64,000 nt of DNA from Torpedo marmorata. Its lineage: Eukaryota. The notes below the pieces were generated by a model. The model did no database searches. It saw nothing but the letters and a program-made list of their open reading frames with translations, and was not told where the DNA came from. The position numbers and the translations under genes are program-made. Position 1 is the stretch's first letter. Each line of letters opens with the position of its first letter. Below are positions 22,876-34,537 of the stretch, in pieces. The stretch spans positions 37,758,001-37,822,000 of the forward strand of contig OZ360226.1 of assembly GCA_977017645.1 (NCBI GenBank), written 5' to 3'.

Positions 22876-25800
22876 TTGATTATGGTGGATTCTAGAAGTA
22901 TAAATTTAGTAAGTATTAATATAAATTGGCTTAACAACCCAATTAAGAGGAAAAGAACTTTGGCATATATGAAAAAGTTGAAAGTAGATATAGCTTTTTT
23001 ACAAGAAACCCATTTAACAGAGGTTGAACATCAAAAATTAAAAAGAGATTGGGTTGGACATGTGGTAGCTTCTACATTTAATTCTAAAGCTAGAGGGGTA
23101 GCAATTTTAGTTAATAAAAAATTACCCTTTAAGATACAATCAGTAGTGACAGACGTGGCAGGTAGATATGTTTTGGTATATTGTCAGATTTACTCAGAAT
23201 TTTGGACCCTTATGAATTTATATGTCTCAAATCCAGATGATGAACAATTTATTCAAGATGCATTTTTACATTTATCAGATGCTAAGGAAAATATTTTAAT
23301 TGGGGGAGATTTCAATTGTTGTTTAGATTCAATAATGGATAGGACTTCTAGATCGTCTGTTAGACCTAAATTAGTTAAAAGAATTATTAGTTTGATGAAA
23401 GATTTGAACTTAATAGATATCTGGAGGAAATTGAATCCTAGAGAGAAAGATTATTCATTTTATTCTTTTAGACATGATTCATATTCTAGGATAGATTTAT
23501 TTTTAATATCTTCACAAATTCAAGATAGAATATCACAGGTATCATATAAAGCGAGAATAATTTCAGACCATTCGCCTTTGCTAATGACTTGTATAATCCC
23601 GGAAAAAGAGAAAACTATATTTAATTGGAGATTTGAATTAGGGGAAAAAGCTCATAAGGTTTTAGCATGGCAATTGACAAAAGAGCAAGTTTCTAAAACT
23701 ATAAATGCTATAAAGAAAAAAAATGCTGGTGAAATAACTTATAAACCCCAAGAAATAAATGAATCTTTTAAAGATTACTATCAGAATTTATATAGATCTC
23801 AGGTTGATCATGATGATTTGAAGATTAATAGATTTCTATCTAGAATTACTTTACCTAAATTGAATATTCAGAATAAAAATTCTTTGGATCTACCCTTTAC
23901 GATGAGAGAAGTTAATGAGGTTCTATCAACGTTGAAAAGTGGTAAATCCCCTGGTGATGATGGATTTCCAGTAGAATTTTATAAGGAATTTAAAGATTTA
24001 ATAATACCTCCATATATGGAAGTATTGAATCAAATTACGGAAACCCATTTATTACCGAAAACATTTTGAATGCTATTATTACAGTTATACCAAAGAAAGA
24101 TAGAGATGTATTAAAAACTGAGTCATATAGACCTATTTCTTTATTAAATGTAGATTATAAAATAATGGCAAAAATTTTGGCTAATAGAATAGCTAAATAT
24201 TTACCAAATTTGATACATTCAGATCAAGCTGGCTTTATTAAAAATAGATATTCAAAAGATAATATAGCTAGATTACTAAGTTTAATTAATTTACATAAAA
24301 AGAAACAGGATTTACCACTGGTGGTAACGCTGGATGCAGAAAAGGCCTTTGATAGATTAGAATGGAATTTTTTATTTAAGGTGTTAGAGAAATTTGGTTT
24401 TGGGAATATTTTTATAAATTGGATTAAAACTATATATAGAGAACCTACAGCTAAAGTAATTACAAATGGACAAATATCGCCAAAATTTCCTTTAACGCGC
24501 TCTACGAGGCAGGGATGTCCCCTATCACCAGCCCTATTTGTTTTGGCAATAGAACCTTTGGCTGAATTGATTAGGATAGATCCTAATATAGTAGGGATTA
24601 AAGTAGGTATGGAAGAACATAAGATTAGTCTGTTTGCAGATGATGTATTAATATACATCACTTCAACAACTAGCTATTATATTAACAGAATATGGTGAAA
24701 TATCTGGGTATAAAATTAATTCAGATAAAAGTGAAATAATGGCTTTATCTCTAGGTGATTATACTAGATGTAGAGAGGTTACGGAATTTAAGTGGGCAAA
24801 AGAAGGAATTAAATATTTGGGAGTTAAAGTGGATACAAAATTAGAAAATTTATATAAATTAAATTATGTACCTTTATTTACGAAAATAAAGAAGGATTTG
24901 GAAAATTGGAAAGATTTGCCTATAACTTTAATGGGAAGAGTAAATTGTATTAAGATGAATATTTTTCCAAGTATTCAATATCTTTTTCAATCAATTCCTT
25001 TTGGAATTCCAAATTTTTTTTTTAAAGATTTAAAGTTTATTATTAGGAATTTTTTATGGAAAGGGAAGTTAGCAAGAGTAAGTATGGATAAGTTAACATG
25101 GAATTATGAGATGGGAGGATTGCAACTTTCTAATTTTCAATATTATTATAAAGCAGCTCAATTAAAATTTGTTAATGAATTTTTTGATTTAACTAAAACT
25201 TCTGCCTGAGTTAATATAGAATTAAATAATATAGGATTAAATTATAAAGAGGATATTATTTATAAGTGGAATTCTAAATTATTATTAGTAAGAAAGAAAA
25301 ATTCACCGATTATTAAACATTTGTTGGAAATATGGACACAGGTAGATAAAGAAATAGGTGGGAAAGGGTTAATTTCTTTAAATATGCCATTATATCAAAA
25401 TCCACTTTTACCATTTACTATGAATAATCAGTTATTGAAAGTATGGTTTCAAAAAGGAATTAAGAATTTTAAAGATTGTTTTGAGGCTGGAAGAATTGTT
25501 ACATTTCAAAGATTGAAGGAAAAATTTAATGTAATAGATAATACATGGTTAGCTTATTATCAAGTTAAAGCTTTTTTGATTGAGAAATTAGGGGATGATT
25601 TGATTGCACCAAGACAAAATGAGTTAGAATTATTAATAACTAAAGCAAATGTCAATAAGTTTATTTCTCAAATGTATAAATTATTTCAGAGAAAAATGCC
25701 TAAAGTAGGATTACATAAATCAAGATTAAAATGGGAATTAGATTTAAATGTTAATATAGCTGAAAATCATTGGAAAGATTTATGTAAATTAAGTATGACT

Positions 25801-26309
25801 AAAGTTATTAATGTTAGATATAGATTAGTACAATATAATTTTTTCCATCAATTATATTTAACACCAAAAAATTAAAGAAATTCAATCCGACATTATCGGA
25901 TTTGTGTTTTAGATGTAAGAGTGAAGTAGGTTCTTTTGTTCATTCTACATGGTCATGTCCAAAAATTCAAGATTTTTGGTTGAAAGTTAAGAATTTTTTA
26001 GACAGAGTTTTTAATGTTATGTTTCCAATGGATCCTATGTTATTTTTATTCGGAGATATTAGAAAATTTAGTATTAGGAATAGATTGAATATGTATCAGG
26101 TAGAATTTGTACAAATTGCTTTAGCTGTTTCAAAAAAATGTATTGCTATTACTTAGAAATCAGATTTAGATGTAAGTTTAGATAGGTGGCATGCAGAACT
26201 CCGTTCGTGTATTCCACTGGAAAAGATTACTTATAATTTACGTAATAAGTATCATTCTTTTTTGAAAATTTGGAGCCCATATATGAGAGTTATGGGTTTA
26301 AGGATTTGA
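22876..26309 (+). pseudogene. L1 ORF2 (APE endonuclease-RT-CCHC), frameshifted
   Basis: LQETH, GGDFN, SRIDLFL, SDH; [27 protein letters not shown]; CFRC..HSTWSC; split over several ORFs. Confidence 0.92.
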
Positions 26310-28885
26310 AATCTCTAGATATCAGGTCTTTTGGCGAGTTTAACCTCCATGATAAAATTAGTTTGTAGATGGTTCTCCCCTTACTATTAATCTATCTTTC
26401 TTTTTCTTTCTTTTTTACTATATATATATTTTTTTTTATTATTCCTTTTTTTTAGAATAGTGGGGATGGGGGGGGGTGGTTTGGGAAGGGTGGGAGGGTA
26501 TGGGGGGAGGAAATATATATCACATGTATTTTGAAAGTTACATATTTTGATTTATGTATTTTGTGATTTAAAAATTTAAATAAAATTTAAACAAAATTAA
26601 AAAAAAGAGAGGATGAATGCACTCGCTTCAAAATAGAATTCCATGTAGTTTCAGAAAATAACTGTTGAAAATCCTGTTCCCATATTTTTTTCAAATTCTG
26701 TCCAGGGAACTGTCCCCAGAATTTATAAGTAATTCATAAAGGCCAGATACCACCATTTTATAATTAGGTTGAAAATTATAAATCATCCCTATCATATTAG
26801 GTTCCAGGTCTTCAGGGAGCTTCAAAATTAAATAATTCAAAAAGCTTCTAACCTGTAAATAATGAAAGAAATTATGTCTAGGTATTGAAAATTTGGTGGA
26901 TAATTGTTCAAAAGAGGTAAGATTGGATACCTAAATTTGACCAATGATGATACCCTATATCGTGAACTGAAGTTAAAAGGAATTACCTAAAATAGGACTA
27001 ATCTATGGTACCCAAAATGTTTCCTAAATTGAAACCAGATTCTCAATGTATGTCTAACAACAAAATTATCAGTTAATTTGGAGGCCAAGAAAGGTAAAGG
27101 TGCTCCAAGTATTGAAAGAAGAGAATACTTTTTAGTGGATTTAATTTCTAAATTAATCCATCTTGAAGCACCTAAATTTTCCTTGTGATGAATACAAAAA
27201 ATAATGTATCTAATATTAGCTGCCCAATAATAAAACCTAAAGTTGGGTAATGCCAAGCCCCCGTTCTTTTTAATATTTTGAAAGAAAACTTTTTTAAGAT
27301 GGAGGTGCTTATTTTTCCATATAAAAGAAGATATGATAGAATCCAATGAATCAAAAAAGGATTTGGGAACAAAAGCAGGTACAGCTTGAAAAATGTATAA
27401 AAATTTAGGAAGGATATTCATCTTGATAATATTGATGCATCCAATTAATGTCATCGAAAGAGGGGACCACTGTGTCAAGGACTTCTTGATATGACTCATT
27501 AAGGTAAGAACATTTTCTTTAAACAAATTATTGAATTTCTTGGTAATAGTAATACCTAGATAGTTGAACTGATTGTTAGCTATTTTAAAAGGAATAGAGG
27601 AATCTTAAGAGCAGGAAGAACTCAAAATGAACAACTCACTCTTCTGCAAATTCAATTTATATCCTGAAAATTGCCCGAATTGATAAAGAAGTGATAAAAT
27701 AGATGGAATCGATCTGTCAGGATTCGATATATACAACAAAAGATCATCTGCATAAAGAGACACTTTATGAATATTTCCTGCTCTTGTAATTCCTGAAATA
27801 TCAACCGATTACCGAAAAGCCACTGCTAATGGTTCTAAAGCCAAATTCAATAATGATGGGCTTAAAGGACATCCCTGTCTGGTACCACGATACAACTTAA
27901 AAGGTTTGGATTTAATTGAGTTAGTAAAGATTGAAGCTGTACGAGATAAATATATCAGTTTAATCTAATTTATAAATTGGGGACCGAAATTAAATTTCTC
28001 TAACACACTAAATAAGTATTCCCATTCAACTCTATCAAAAGCTTTTTCAGCTCCTAAGGAAATAATACATTCAGAGGACAAAACTGTAGGAGAATAAAGA
28101 ATGTCTAACAAACGACAGATATTAAATTGTAAGTAACATTCCTTAATAAACCCAGTTTGACTAGATGCATAATATTCTCTAAACTACGAGCTAAAATCGT
28201 AGACAGTATCTTATTGTCAATATTTAAGAGGGAAATTGGTCAATAGGAGAAACAGTCTAATGGGTCCTTATTTTTTTAGCAATAAGATAATTTGAGGCAT
28301 CATAAAAAGTTTCTGTCAACTTCCCACTAACTAAGGATTGAGTAAAGACAGCATCCAAATGGGTTATAAGTAAATGGGAAATGGTTTATAAAAGTCCACT
28401 GGGAAGCCGTCGGGAACAGGGACCTTGCCAGACTGCAAAGAGTTAATAGCTGTTACAATCTGCTGCTCAGAGATAGGCTATTCCAGCTTTAATTATTCTC
28501 TGAAGAAACTGAAGGAATAGTCAAACTATCCAGGAATTGCTGAAGAGAATTTTGGTCTTTGATCGAATCAGAGCTGTACAACTTAGAGTAGAACCGAGAG
28601 AAAGTGTCATTTATTTCAACATGATCATTAGCAATCTTACCATCGTCTCAACGAATCTCAGTAATAAGCCGTTTAGCTGTATAATTTTTAATTTGGCTAG
28701 CTAAAATTTTTCCTGGACGTGCCCTGCATTGTAAAAGCCCATCACGTGGAGCAGCTCTCTCTTTGCTGCTCCCTCAAGATCATTGCTGAACTCCAGGCCA
28801 CGGGCAGCACAGGAGGGCCAATTGCGATGGACCTGCCCTGGATCCTGAGCCATGGGTGACACTAAGAACAGTTTCATGTGTATAT

Positions 28886-29177
28886 ACTTGTTTAGTTACT
28901 CGATATCCCGTGCCTGATGGTGATGGGCAGAGTAGATTTAACCCTCATTTATTTTACTTGGTATACTGTGCCTGTGGGTGGTGAGCACTGTAGGTTTACC
29001 CCCGTTTAGTTACTCGGTCTACCGTGCCTGTGGGTGGTGGTTACTGTTAGTTTAACCCCCGTTTAGTTACTCGGTCTACCGTGCCTGTGGGTGGTGGTTA
29101 CTGTTAGTTTAACCCCCGTTTAGTTACTCGGTCTACCGTGCCTGTGGGTGGTGGTTACTGTTAGTTTAACCCTTGTT
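28886..29177. repeat. 57-bp tandem repeat (~5 copies) inside the ERV LTR
   Basis: gtttagttactcgg recurs at 29004, 29061 and 29118; only ~1.3 copies in the 3' LTR remnant. Confidence 0.92.
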
Positions 29178-29374
29178 TCACAATCAGGAGTTTAGATTGT
29201 TTAGCAGTGTTTTATTTGCACCATGTGTAGTTATTTGTGTATTATTGCTGTGCATTTGAGTGTGTGCCCTGTTGTGAATTCTCCTATGTCTCAATAAAGA
29301 CTGTAGTTGAATACTAACATATCTCCAGCCTTGGTTCTCTTTGAACCCGTCGAACCTATTCTGTTCGTAACAAA

Positions 29375-29394
29375 TGGTGCTGCGAGCAGGGTTC
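29375..29394 (+). promoter_or_regulatory. Primer-binding site, tRNA-Ser-like
   Basis: TGGTGCTGCGAGCAGGGTTC 2 nt after the LTR end; close to the complement of vertebrate tRNA-Ser(TGA/CGA) 3' ends. Confidence 0.7.
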
Positions 29395-29422
29395 AGGGGG
29401 TCTCAACTGGATACACAAGGCT

Positions 29423-29870
29423 GTGATGCTTTTCACGATACTAAACAGCATGTGTGTGGGTCTCCTGTTGTTTGTGTGTGCCCTTCTACGTGCCCTTGTG
29501 AACAGAACTAACAGGAAGGGCCCCATGGTTAGAGAAGGTAGAATCCAAGGATGGTTAGCTGGAAAAACTGTGAGGGAGACGATCTACTTGCTCGAGGGGC
29601 CAGAATATGTAGAAAGGGGAACACGTGCTCGGTTCCGAAAGATGGACATGAAAGGCAGAACTAAAGTCAGAGCAGGGATCGACCAGTGGGTGGGACCCTC
29701 CGCTCCACTGCCGTAGGATTGGGGGTGGTCTCCCAGCAGATTTGTTTGGTGGCCCTTTCCCGGTAGGGAGACCCGATGCCCTATATCTCTATGGCTGCAC
29801 ACTGGGGAAATGGGAACACCCAGCGGTGGCTGACACTTGTCGACACCGGTGTTGAGAACACTCTGACTAA
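29423..29870 (+). pseudogene. ERV gag-like remnant (ends PSAPLP*) and aspartic protease N-terminus
   Basis: ORF 29423-29716; frame from 29767 reads GDPMPYISMAAHWGNGNTQRWLTLVDTGVENTL. Confidence 0.7.
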
Positions 29871-30454
29871 ACTGGAGAGAGTGAGTTTCCCTCATTCACA
29901 GGATGACACTTCTGCGGGCGCTGGAAGTGGTGATGGCAGCACTGAACGGTGATTGGAGGAGACTACGCATGGCTGACGTATATGCCGGCAGAGTCAACAA
30001 CCTTGAACGTTGCCAAAGGACTGCCACGAATACTGATCCCTGCTGACACTGAAAACAGAGACTCTGGGGGAAAACTGTCCAGCTCTGCGGGTTTTGATAT
30101 TCCTGTTGATAGGCCTATCAATAACAACTCAAAGACTGTGAGAGCGAGTGAATCATAGGCTTTTATTGGCTAAGAATGGAGCTGAGCTTCCTCCTCGATC
30201 AGGTCCGGACTGAAGGGGGGTGGCCGAGATACAGTGGCCTTTATTCAGGTGAGGAAAGGGGAGGGATTACCTGGACACCCAAGGGAGGGGAGGGAGTAGC
30301 CATCAGTCCGGCCCGCAGTACCTATACGTACCACCAATACAAGCACAGTGGTTTACCACATTCACCCCTCCTTTTTAAAAAGAGTCCAGCGGGGTGACGT
30401 GACCACTCCATTTACACAAAAAATATATACATATATACATACAGACCCTCCTTT

Positions 30455-33400
30455 TCACAGGTCGAGGCGATCCGGCGGCCGAATTTTCCGCTGTGACCTG
30501 CGTAATGGCGGGTCGGGCTGTGGTGCTGGGGAAGATATTAGTGATGGGGGAGGTGGTAGGGTCGTCTGTGCCGTCGCCTCCTGCCTGGCCTCTCGGAACG
30601 ACTGCGGTGCCGCTGAGGGGGCGGGGTCTAGCACATCGGGTGGGGCGTTAGGAAGAGGTTGCTGCGTGTTCTGTGGTACGTGGACTTGCCCGTCGGAATG
30701 CCCAACTGGCGCCCCATCAGGCGGCAGGTCTCTGATGGAGACGGTGTCTTCTCGTCCATCCGGGAAGACCACGTACGCATACTGGGGGTTGGCGTGCGCC
30801 AACTGCACCCTCTGAACCGTCGGTTCATATTTGCTGCTCCGAAGGTGGTTCCGGAGCAGCACTGGTCCCGGGGACATCAGCCAGGCAGGTAGGGAGGTCC
30901 CGGTGGTCGACTTCCTAGGGAAAGAAAGAAATCGTTCATGAGGGGTTGCGTTGGTGGAAGTGCACAAATGGGACCGGATAGAGTGGAGGGCTTCGGGGAG
31001 AACATCCTGCCAGCGGGAGACCGGCCAGCCCTTTGACTTAAGGGCTAGGAGCGCGGCCTTCCACACCGTGGCGTTCTCCCTTTCCACCTGTCCGTTTCCT
31101 CGGGGGTTGTATGCTGTTGTCCTGCTAGTGGCGATGCCTCGGTCCTGCAGGTACCGGCGCAGCTCCTCACTCATAAAAGCTGCTCCCCGGTCGCTATGTA
31201 TGTAGTTTGGGAACCCAAACAGCGTGAATACCTGGTGGAGAGCTTTTATGGTTGAGGTAACTGAGGTGTCGGGGCAGGGGATGGCAAAGGGGAACCGCGA
31301 GTACTCGTCAACAATGTTTAGGAAGTACACGTTGCGGTTCGTGGAGGGGAGGGGCCCCTTGAAGTCAATACTAAGACGTTCAAAGGGGCGCGTGGCTTTG
31401 ATCAGCTGTGCCCTGTCCGGGCGGTAGAACTGAGGTTTGCACTCTGCGCAAACACGACAGTCTCTGGTCAAAGCCCTGACCTCTTCCAGGGAGTATGGCA
31501 GGTTCTGTGCCTTCACGAAGTGAAAAAGCCTGGTAACTCCTGGGTGACAGAGGAGGTCATGTAGGGAGTGTAATCGGTCGATCTGCGCGCTGGCGCACGA
31601 TCCCCGGGATAGAGCGTCTGAGGGCTCATTGAGCTTCCCGGGCCGGTAGAGGATGTCGTAGTTATAGGTGGAGAGTTCTATTCTCCACCTCATGATCTTA
31701 TCGTTTTTGATCTTACCCCGCTGCTGGTTGCTGAACATAAATGCTACCGAGCGTTGGTCGGTCAGCAGGGTAAAATGCTTGCCGGCGAGATAGTGCCTCC
31801 AGTGCCTGATTGCTTCCACGATGGCCTGGGCTTCTTTCTCCACCGCGGAGTGCCGAATTTCGGGGCCTTGAAGGGTGCGCGAGAAAAACGCCACCGGCCT
31901 TCCCGCCTGGTTGAGGGTAGCAGCCAGCGCGAAGTCCGACGCGTCACTCTCTACCTGGAAAGGTATCTCCTCATCCACCGCGTGCATTGTTGCTCGCGCA
32001 ATGTCCCCTTTTATAAGGTCAAAGGCCTTACGTGCCTCCGAGTCAAGGGGAAATACGGTGGATTTTACCAGGGGTCGGGCCTTATCTGCATAATTCGGTA
32101 CCCACTGTGCATAATATGAAAAGAACCCGAGGCATCGCTTGAGTGCTTTGGGGGTGGAGGGTAGTGGAAGTTCCAGTAGGGGGCGCATGCGATCGGGGTC
32201 TGGCCCAATCACCCCGTTCTCTACCACGTACCCCAAAATCGCGAGGCGCGTGGTACCGAACACACATTTATCTTTATTGTATGTTAAGTTAAGTGCTTTA
32301 GCCGCCTGCAGGAACTTCCGGAGGTTGGTGTCGTGATCCTGGCGATCCAGCCCACAGATGGTGATATCGTCCAGGTACGGGAAGGTGGCTTTAAGTTTAT
32401 ACACGTCCACAATGTTATTCATCTCCCGCTGGAACACAGAAACACCGTTGGTAACCCCGAACGGGACCCGCAGGAAGTGGAACAGTTTCCCGTCAGCCTC
32501 AAACGCAGTGTACTGGCGGTCCTCCCGGCGGATAGGGAGCTGATGGTACGCGGACTTCAGGTCAATCGTGGAAAAGACCTTGTACTGGGCGATCTGATTA
32601 ACCATGTCCGCTATCCTTGGTAGCGGGTATGCGTCCAACAAGGTGAACCGGTTAATCGTCTGACTGTAGTCCACCACCATCCTCCTCTTGGCCCCTTTTA
32701 CCACGACCACCTGGGCCCTCCAGGGACTATTGCTCTTTTCAATAATCCCCTCTTGTAGCAACCTCTGAACCTCCGCCCTGATAAACGCCCTGTCCTCCGA
32801 ACTGTATCGCCTGCTCTTGGTTGCAACAGGCTTACAGTCCGGGGTCAGGTTGGCGAATAGCGACGGAGGCGAGATCTTAAGAGTGGAGAGGCCACAGGTA
32901 GTCTGGGGCTCATTATTAAGGAACTGGGGGTTGACTACAGTGATCGCAGGGTGGGGACCATCGTACCGCATAGTGACACTGCGCAAGTGACTCTGAAAAT
33001 CAAGCCCCAACAATACAGGTGCACATAAACGATTCATTATTAACAAAGAAAAATGTTTGTACTTAGTCCCCTGTACCACAATATCAGCCACACAAGCCCC
33101 CCGGATGTCTGTTGTGTGTGCCCCAGACGCCATGGCCACCTTCTGGCTTACCGGTATAATCGTGAGGCCACAGCGCTGGACAGTGTCCGGGTGGATGAAG
33201 CTCTCCGTACTGCCCGTATCGAAGAGACAGGTGGTCTTGTGTCCCTCCACCAGAATGTCCATCATGGATCTTGCTAACTGGTGAGGGATGCTCTGGTCGA
33301 GGGTGACTGACGCAAGAGTTGCGATGTATTCATCGTCTTCTTCTTCCACCGCCGACAAGTATTCATCGTCTTCTTCTTCTTCTTCCACCGCCGACAAAGA

Positions 33401-34537
33401 TGGCCGCCCCCGCGGCTCGCACGTGTCGCTGCAAGATGGCCGCCCCCGTGGCTCGCACGTGTCGCTGCTGCCGCTGCTGTAAAATGGCGGCGGTAGTATC
33501 GCTGGAAGTACGGATGCGGGTGGTGCAGGAAGTGCCAGCATCAAAGATGGCCGCCTCCGCGGCTCACACAAGGCCGGTTCAGGAAGTGCCAGCATCAAAG
33601 ATGGCCGCCCCCGCGGTTTGCACGAGGCCGGTTCCGGAAGTGCCAGCGTCAAAGATGGCCGCCCCCGCGGCTCGCACGAGGTCGACGCTGGAAGCTGCTG
33701 CAGGTTCAGGTAGGATGGCTGCCCCCGCAGCTCGCACGCGGCGCTACTCGGGCCCGGGTGCGACTTGGAGCGGCAGGCCTTCATGTAATGGCCTTTCCTG
33801 CCGCATCCGGAACAAGTTGCGTCGCGGGCCGGGCAGCGCTTCCGCGGGTGTTTCTCAAGCCCGCAGAAGTAACACTTCTCGGGCTCGCGGCTGGCGGCAG
33901 CGGCGGTGAGGATCGCGGTCGCGATCGGGTCAGCACGGATGGCGGCGGCGGCGGTCAGTTCGTTCACCGGGCTAGGGGATGGGGCCGACCACGTTGCGGG
34001 CTGGGCCTGCATGGCATCGGCGTTCCGCTGCGCGGTCTCCAGCGTGTTGACCATCGCTACCGCCCCCGAAAAGTCCAGGTCGACGTGCTCTAATAGTCTC
34101 TGGCGCACATCTACCGACCTGAGCCCCATGATGAACGCATCTCGCTCCACCACTCGCAAGTGTTCCTCCGCAGTCTGGGCTTTACAGTCGCACGCCCGTG
34201 CAAGTGACTGGATGGCCCTGACATATTCCACAGTCGATTCCCCGGTTCGCTGCCTCCGTGAGTAGAGCCGGTATCGCGCGTAGACCGCGTTGACGGGCGC
34301 TAGGTAGATTCCTTTCAGGGCCTCGATGGCCCCCGTGTAGGTTCGGTGTTCTCTTACCGTCGTGTACACCCGATGGCTCACCCTGGAGGTAAGGACTCTC
34401 AGTTGTTCCTCTTCACTTTCGGCTTTCACTGTGAACATGAACGATTCGAGGCAGGCCAGCCAGTGTTCAAAGATGTTACTAGCCTCGGGGGCTAGGTGGT
34501 CGAGGTCTAGGATAGCTGGTCGTAGTGCTCCTTCCAT
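30455..34537 (-). CDS. Gag-Pol polyprotein (gag, double zinc knuckle, PR, RT, RNase H, IN)
   Basis: Open frame of 1375 codons, likely ATG at 34537 (MEGALRP); CYFCG..H..CPA..CSGCGRKGH..C; FDTGS; YLDD; VESDAS; HPG..C..C; SIDFKGP; HSDRG; NGQVER. Confidence 0.95.
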   Translation of the reverse strand: MEGALRPAILDLDHLAPEASNIFEHWLACLESFMFTVKAESEEEQLRVLTSRVSHRVYTTVREHRTYTGAIEALKGIYLAPVNAVYARYRLYSRRQRTGESTVEYVRAIQSLARACDCKAQTAEEHLRVVERDAFIMGLRSVDVRQRLLEHVDLDFSGAVAMVNTLETAQRNADAMQAQPATWSAPSPSPVNELTAAAAIRADPIATAILTAAAASREPEKCYFCGLEKHPRKRCPARDATCSGCGRKGHYMKACRSKSHPGPSSAACELRGQPSYLNLQQLPASTSCEPRGRPSLTLALPEPASCKPRGRPSLMLALPEPALCEPRRRPSLMLALPAPPASVLPAILPPPFYSSGSSDTCEPRGRPSCSDTCEPRGRPSLSAVEEEEEDDEYLSAVEEEDDEYIATLASVTLDQSIPHQLARSMMDILVEGHKTTCLFDTGSTESFIHPDTVQRCGLTIIPVSQKVAMASGAHTTDIRGACVADIVVQGTKYKHFSLLIMNRLCAPVLLGLDFQSHLRSVTMRYDGPHPAITVVNPQFLNNEPQTTCGLSTLKISPPSLFANLTPDCKPVATKSRRYSSEDRAFIRAEVQRLLQEGIIEKSNSPWRAQVVVVKGAKRRMVVDYSQTINRFTLLDAYPLPRIADMVNQIAQYKVFSTIDLKSAYHQLPIRREDRQYTAFEADGKLFHFLRVPFGVTNGVSVFQREMNNIVDVYKLKATFPYLDDITICGLDRQDHDTNLRKFLQAAKALNLTYNKDKCVFGTTRLAILGYVVENGVIGPDPDRMRPLLELPLPSTPKALKRCLGFFSYYAQWVPNYADKARPLVKSTVFPLDSEARKAFDLIKGDIARATMHAVDEEIPFQVESDASDFALAATLNQAGRPVAFFSRTLQGPEIRHSAVEKEAQAIVEAIRHWRHYLAGKHFTLLTDQRSVAFMFSNQQRGKIKNDKIMRWRIELSTYNYDILYRPGKLNEPSDALSRGSCASAQIDRLHSLHDLLCHPGVTRLFHFVKAQNLPYSLEEVRALTRDCRVCAECKPQFYRPDRAQLIKATRPFERLSIDFKGPLPSTNRNVYFLNIVDEYSRFPFAIPCPDTSVTSTIKALHQVFTLFGFPNYIHSDRGAAFMSEELRRYLQDRGIATSRTTAYNPRGNGQVERENATVWKAALLALKSKGWPVSRWQDVLPEALHSIRSHLCTSTNATPHERFLSFPRKSTTGTSLPAWLMSPGPVLLRNHLRSSKYEPTVQRVQLAHANPQYAYVVFPDGREDTVSIRDLPPDGAPVGHSDGQVHVPQNTQQPLPNAPPDVLDPAPSAAPQSFREARQEATAQTTLPPPPSLISSPAPQPDPPLRRSQRKIRPPDRLDL
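33330..33740. repeat. In-frame tandem repeats between gag and protease
   Basis: 57-bp units encoding CEPRGRPSL(T/M)LALPEPAS, 33-bp SDTCEPRGRPS units and LSAVEEE..DDEY repeats. Confidence 0.88.

Larger units (their letters stand above)
21924..26603 (+). mobile_element. L1 LINE family B nested in L1 family A
   Basis: TSD AAAGAGAGGATGAATG (21908-21923, 26604-26619); ORF1 3' half, ORF2, G-rich 3' UTR, AATAAA and poly(A). Confidence 0.95.
21148..28713 (-). mobile_element. L1 LINE family A, 5'-truncated and degenerate, inserted in the ERV 5' LTR
   Basis: T-rich tail at 21148; ORF2 remnants (21522-21929 CCHC: CDKC...HMFWLC; 26987-27526; RT motifs ~27700-28450); flanked by a 74-bp duplication. Confidence 0.88.

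Noticed and set aside
28886-29177. Regular repeats resembling a CRISPR array
   Set aside because: Head-to-tail 57-bp units with no unique spacers, inside a eukaryotic LTR, and no cas genes
30104-30106. Apparent LTR start TGTTGA at 30104
   Set aside because: Those bases belong to the CCTGT target-site duplication; the true LTR boundary is 30107
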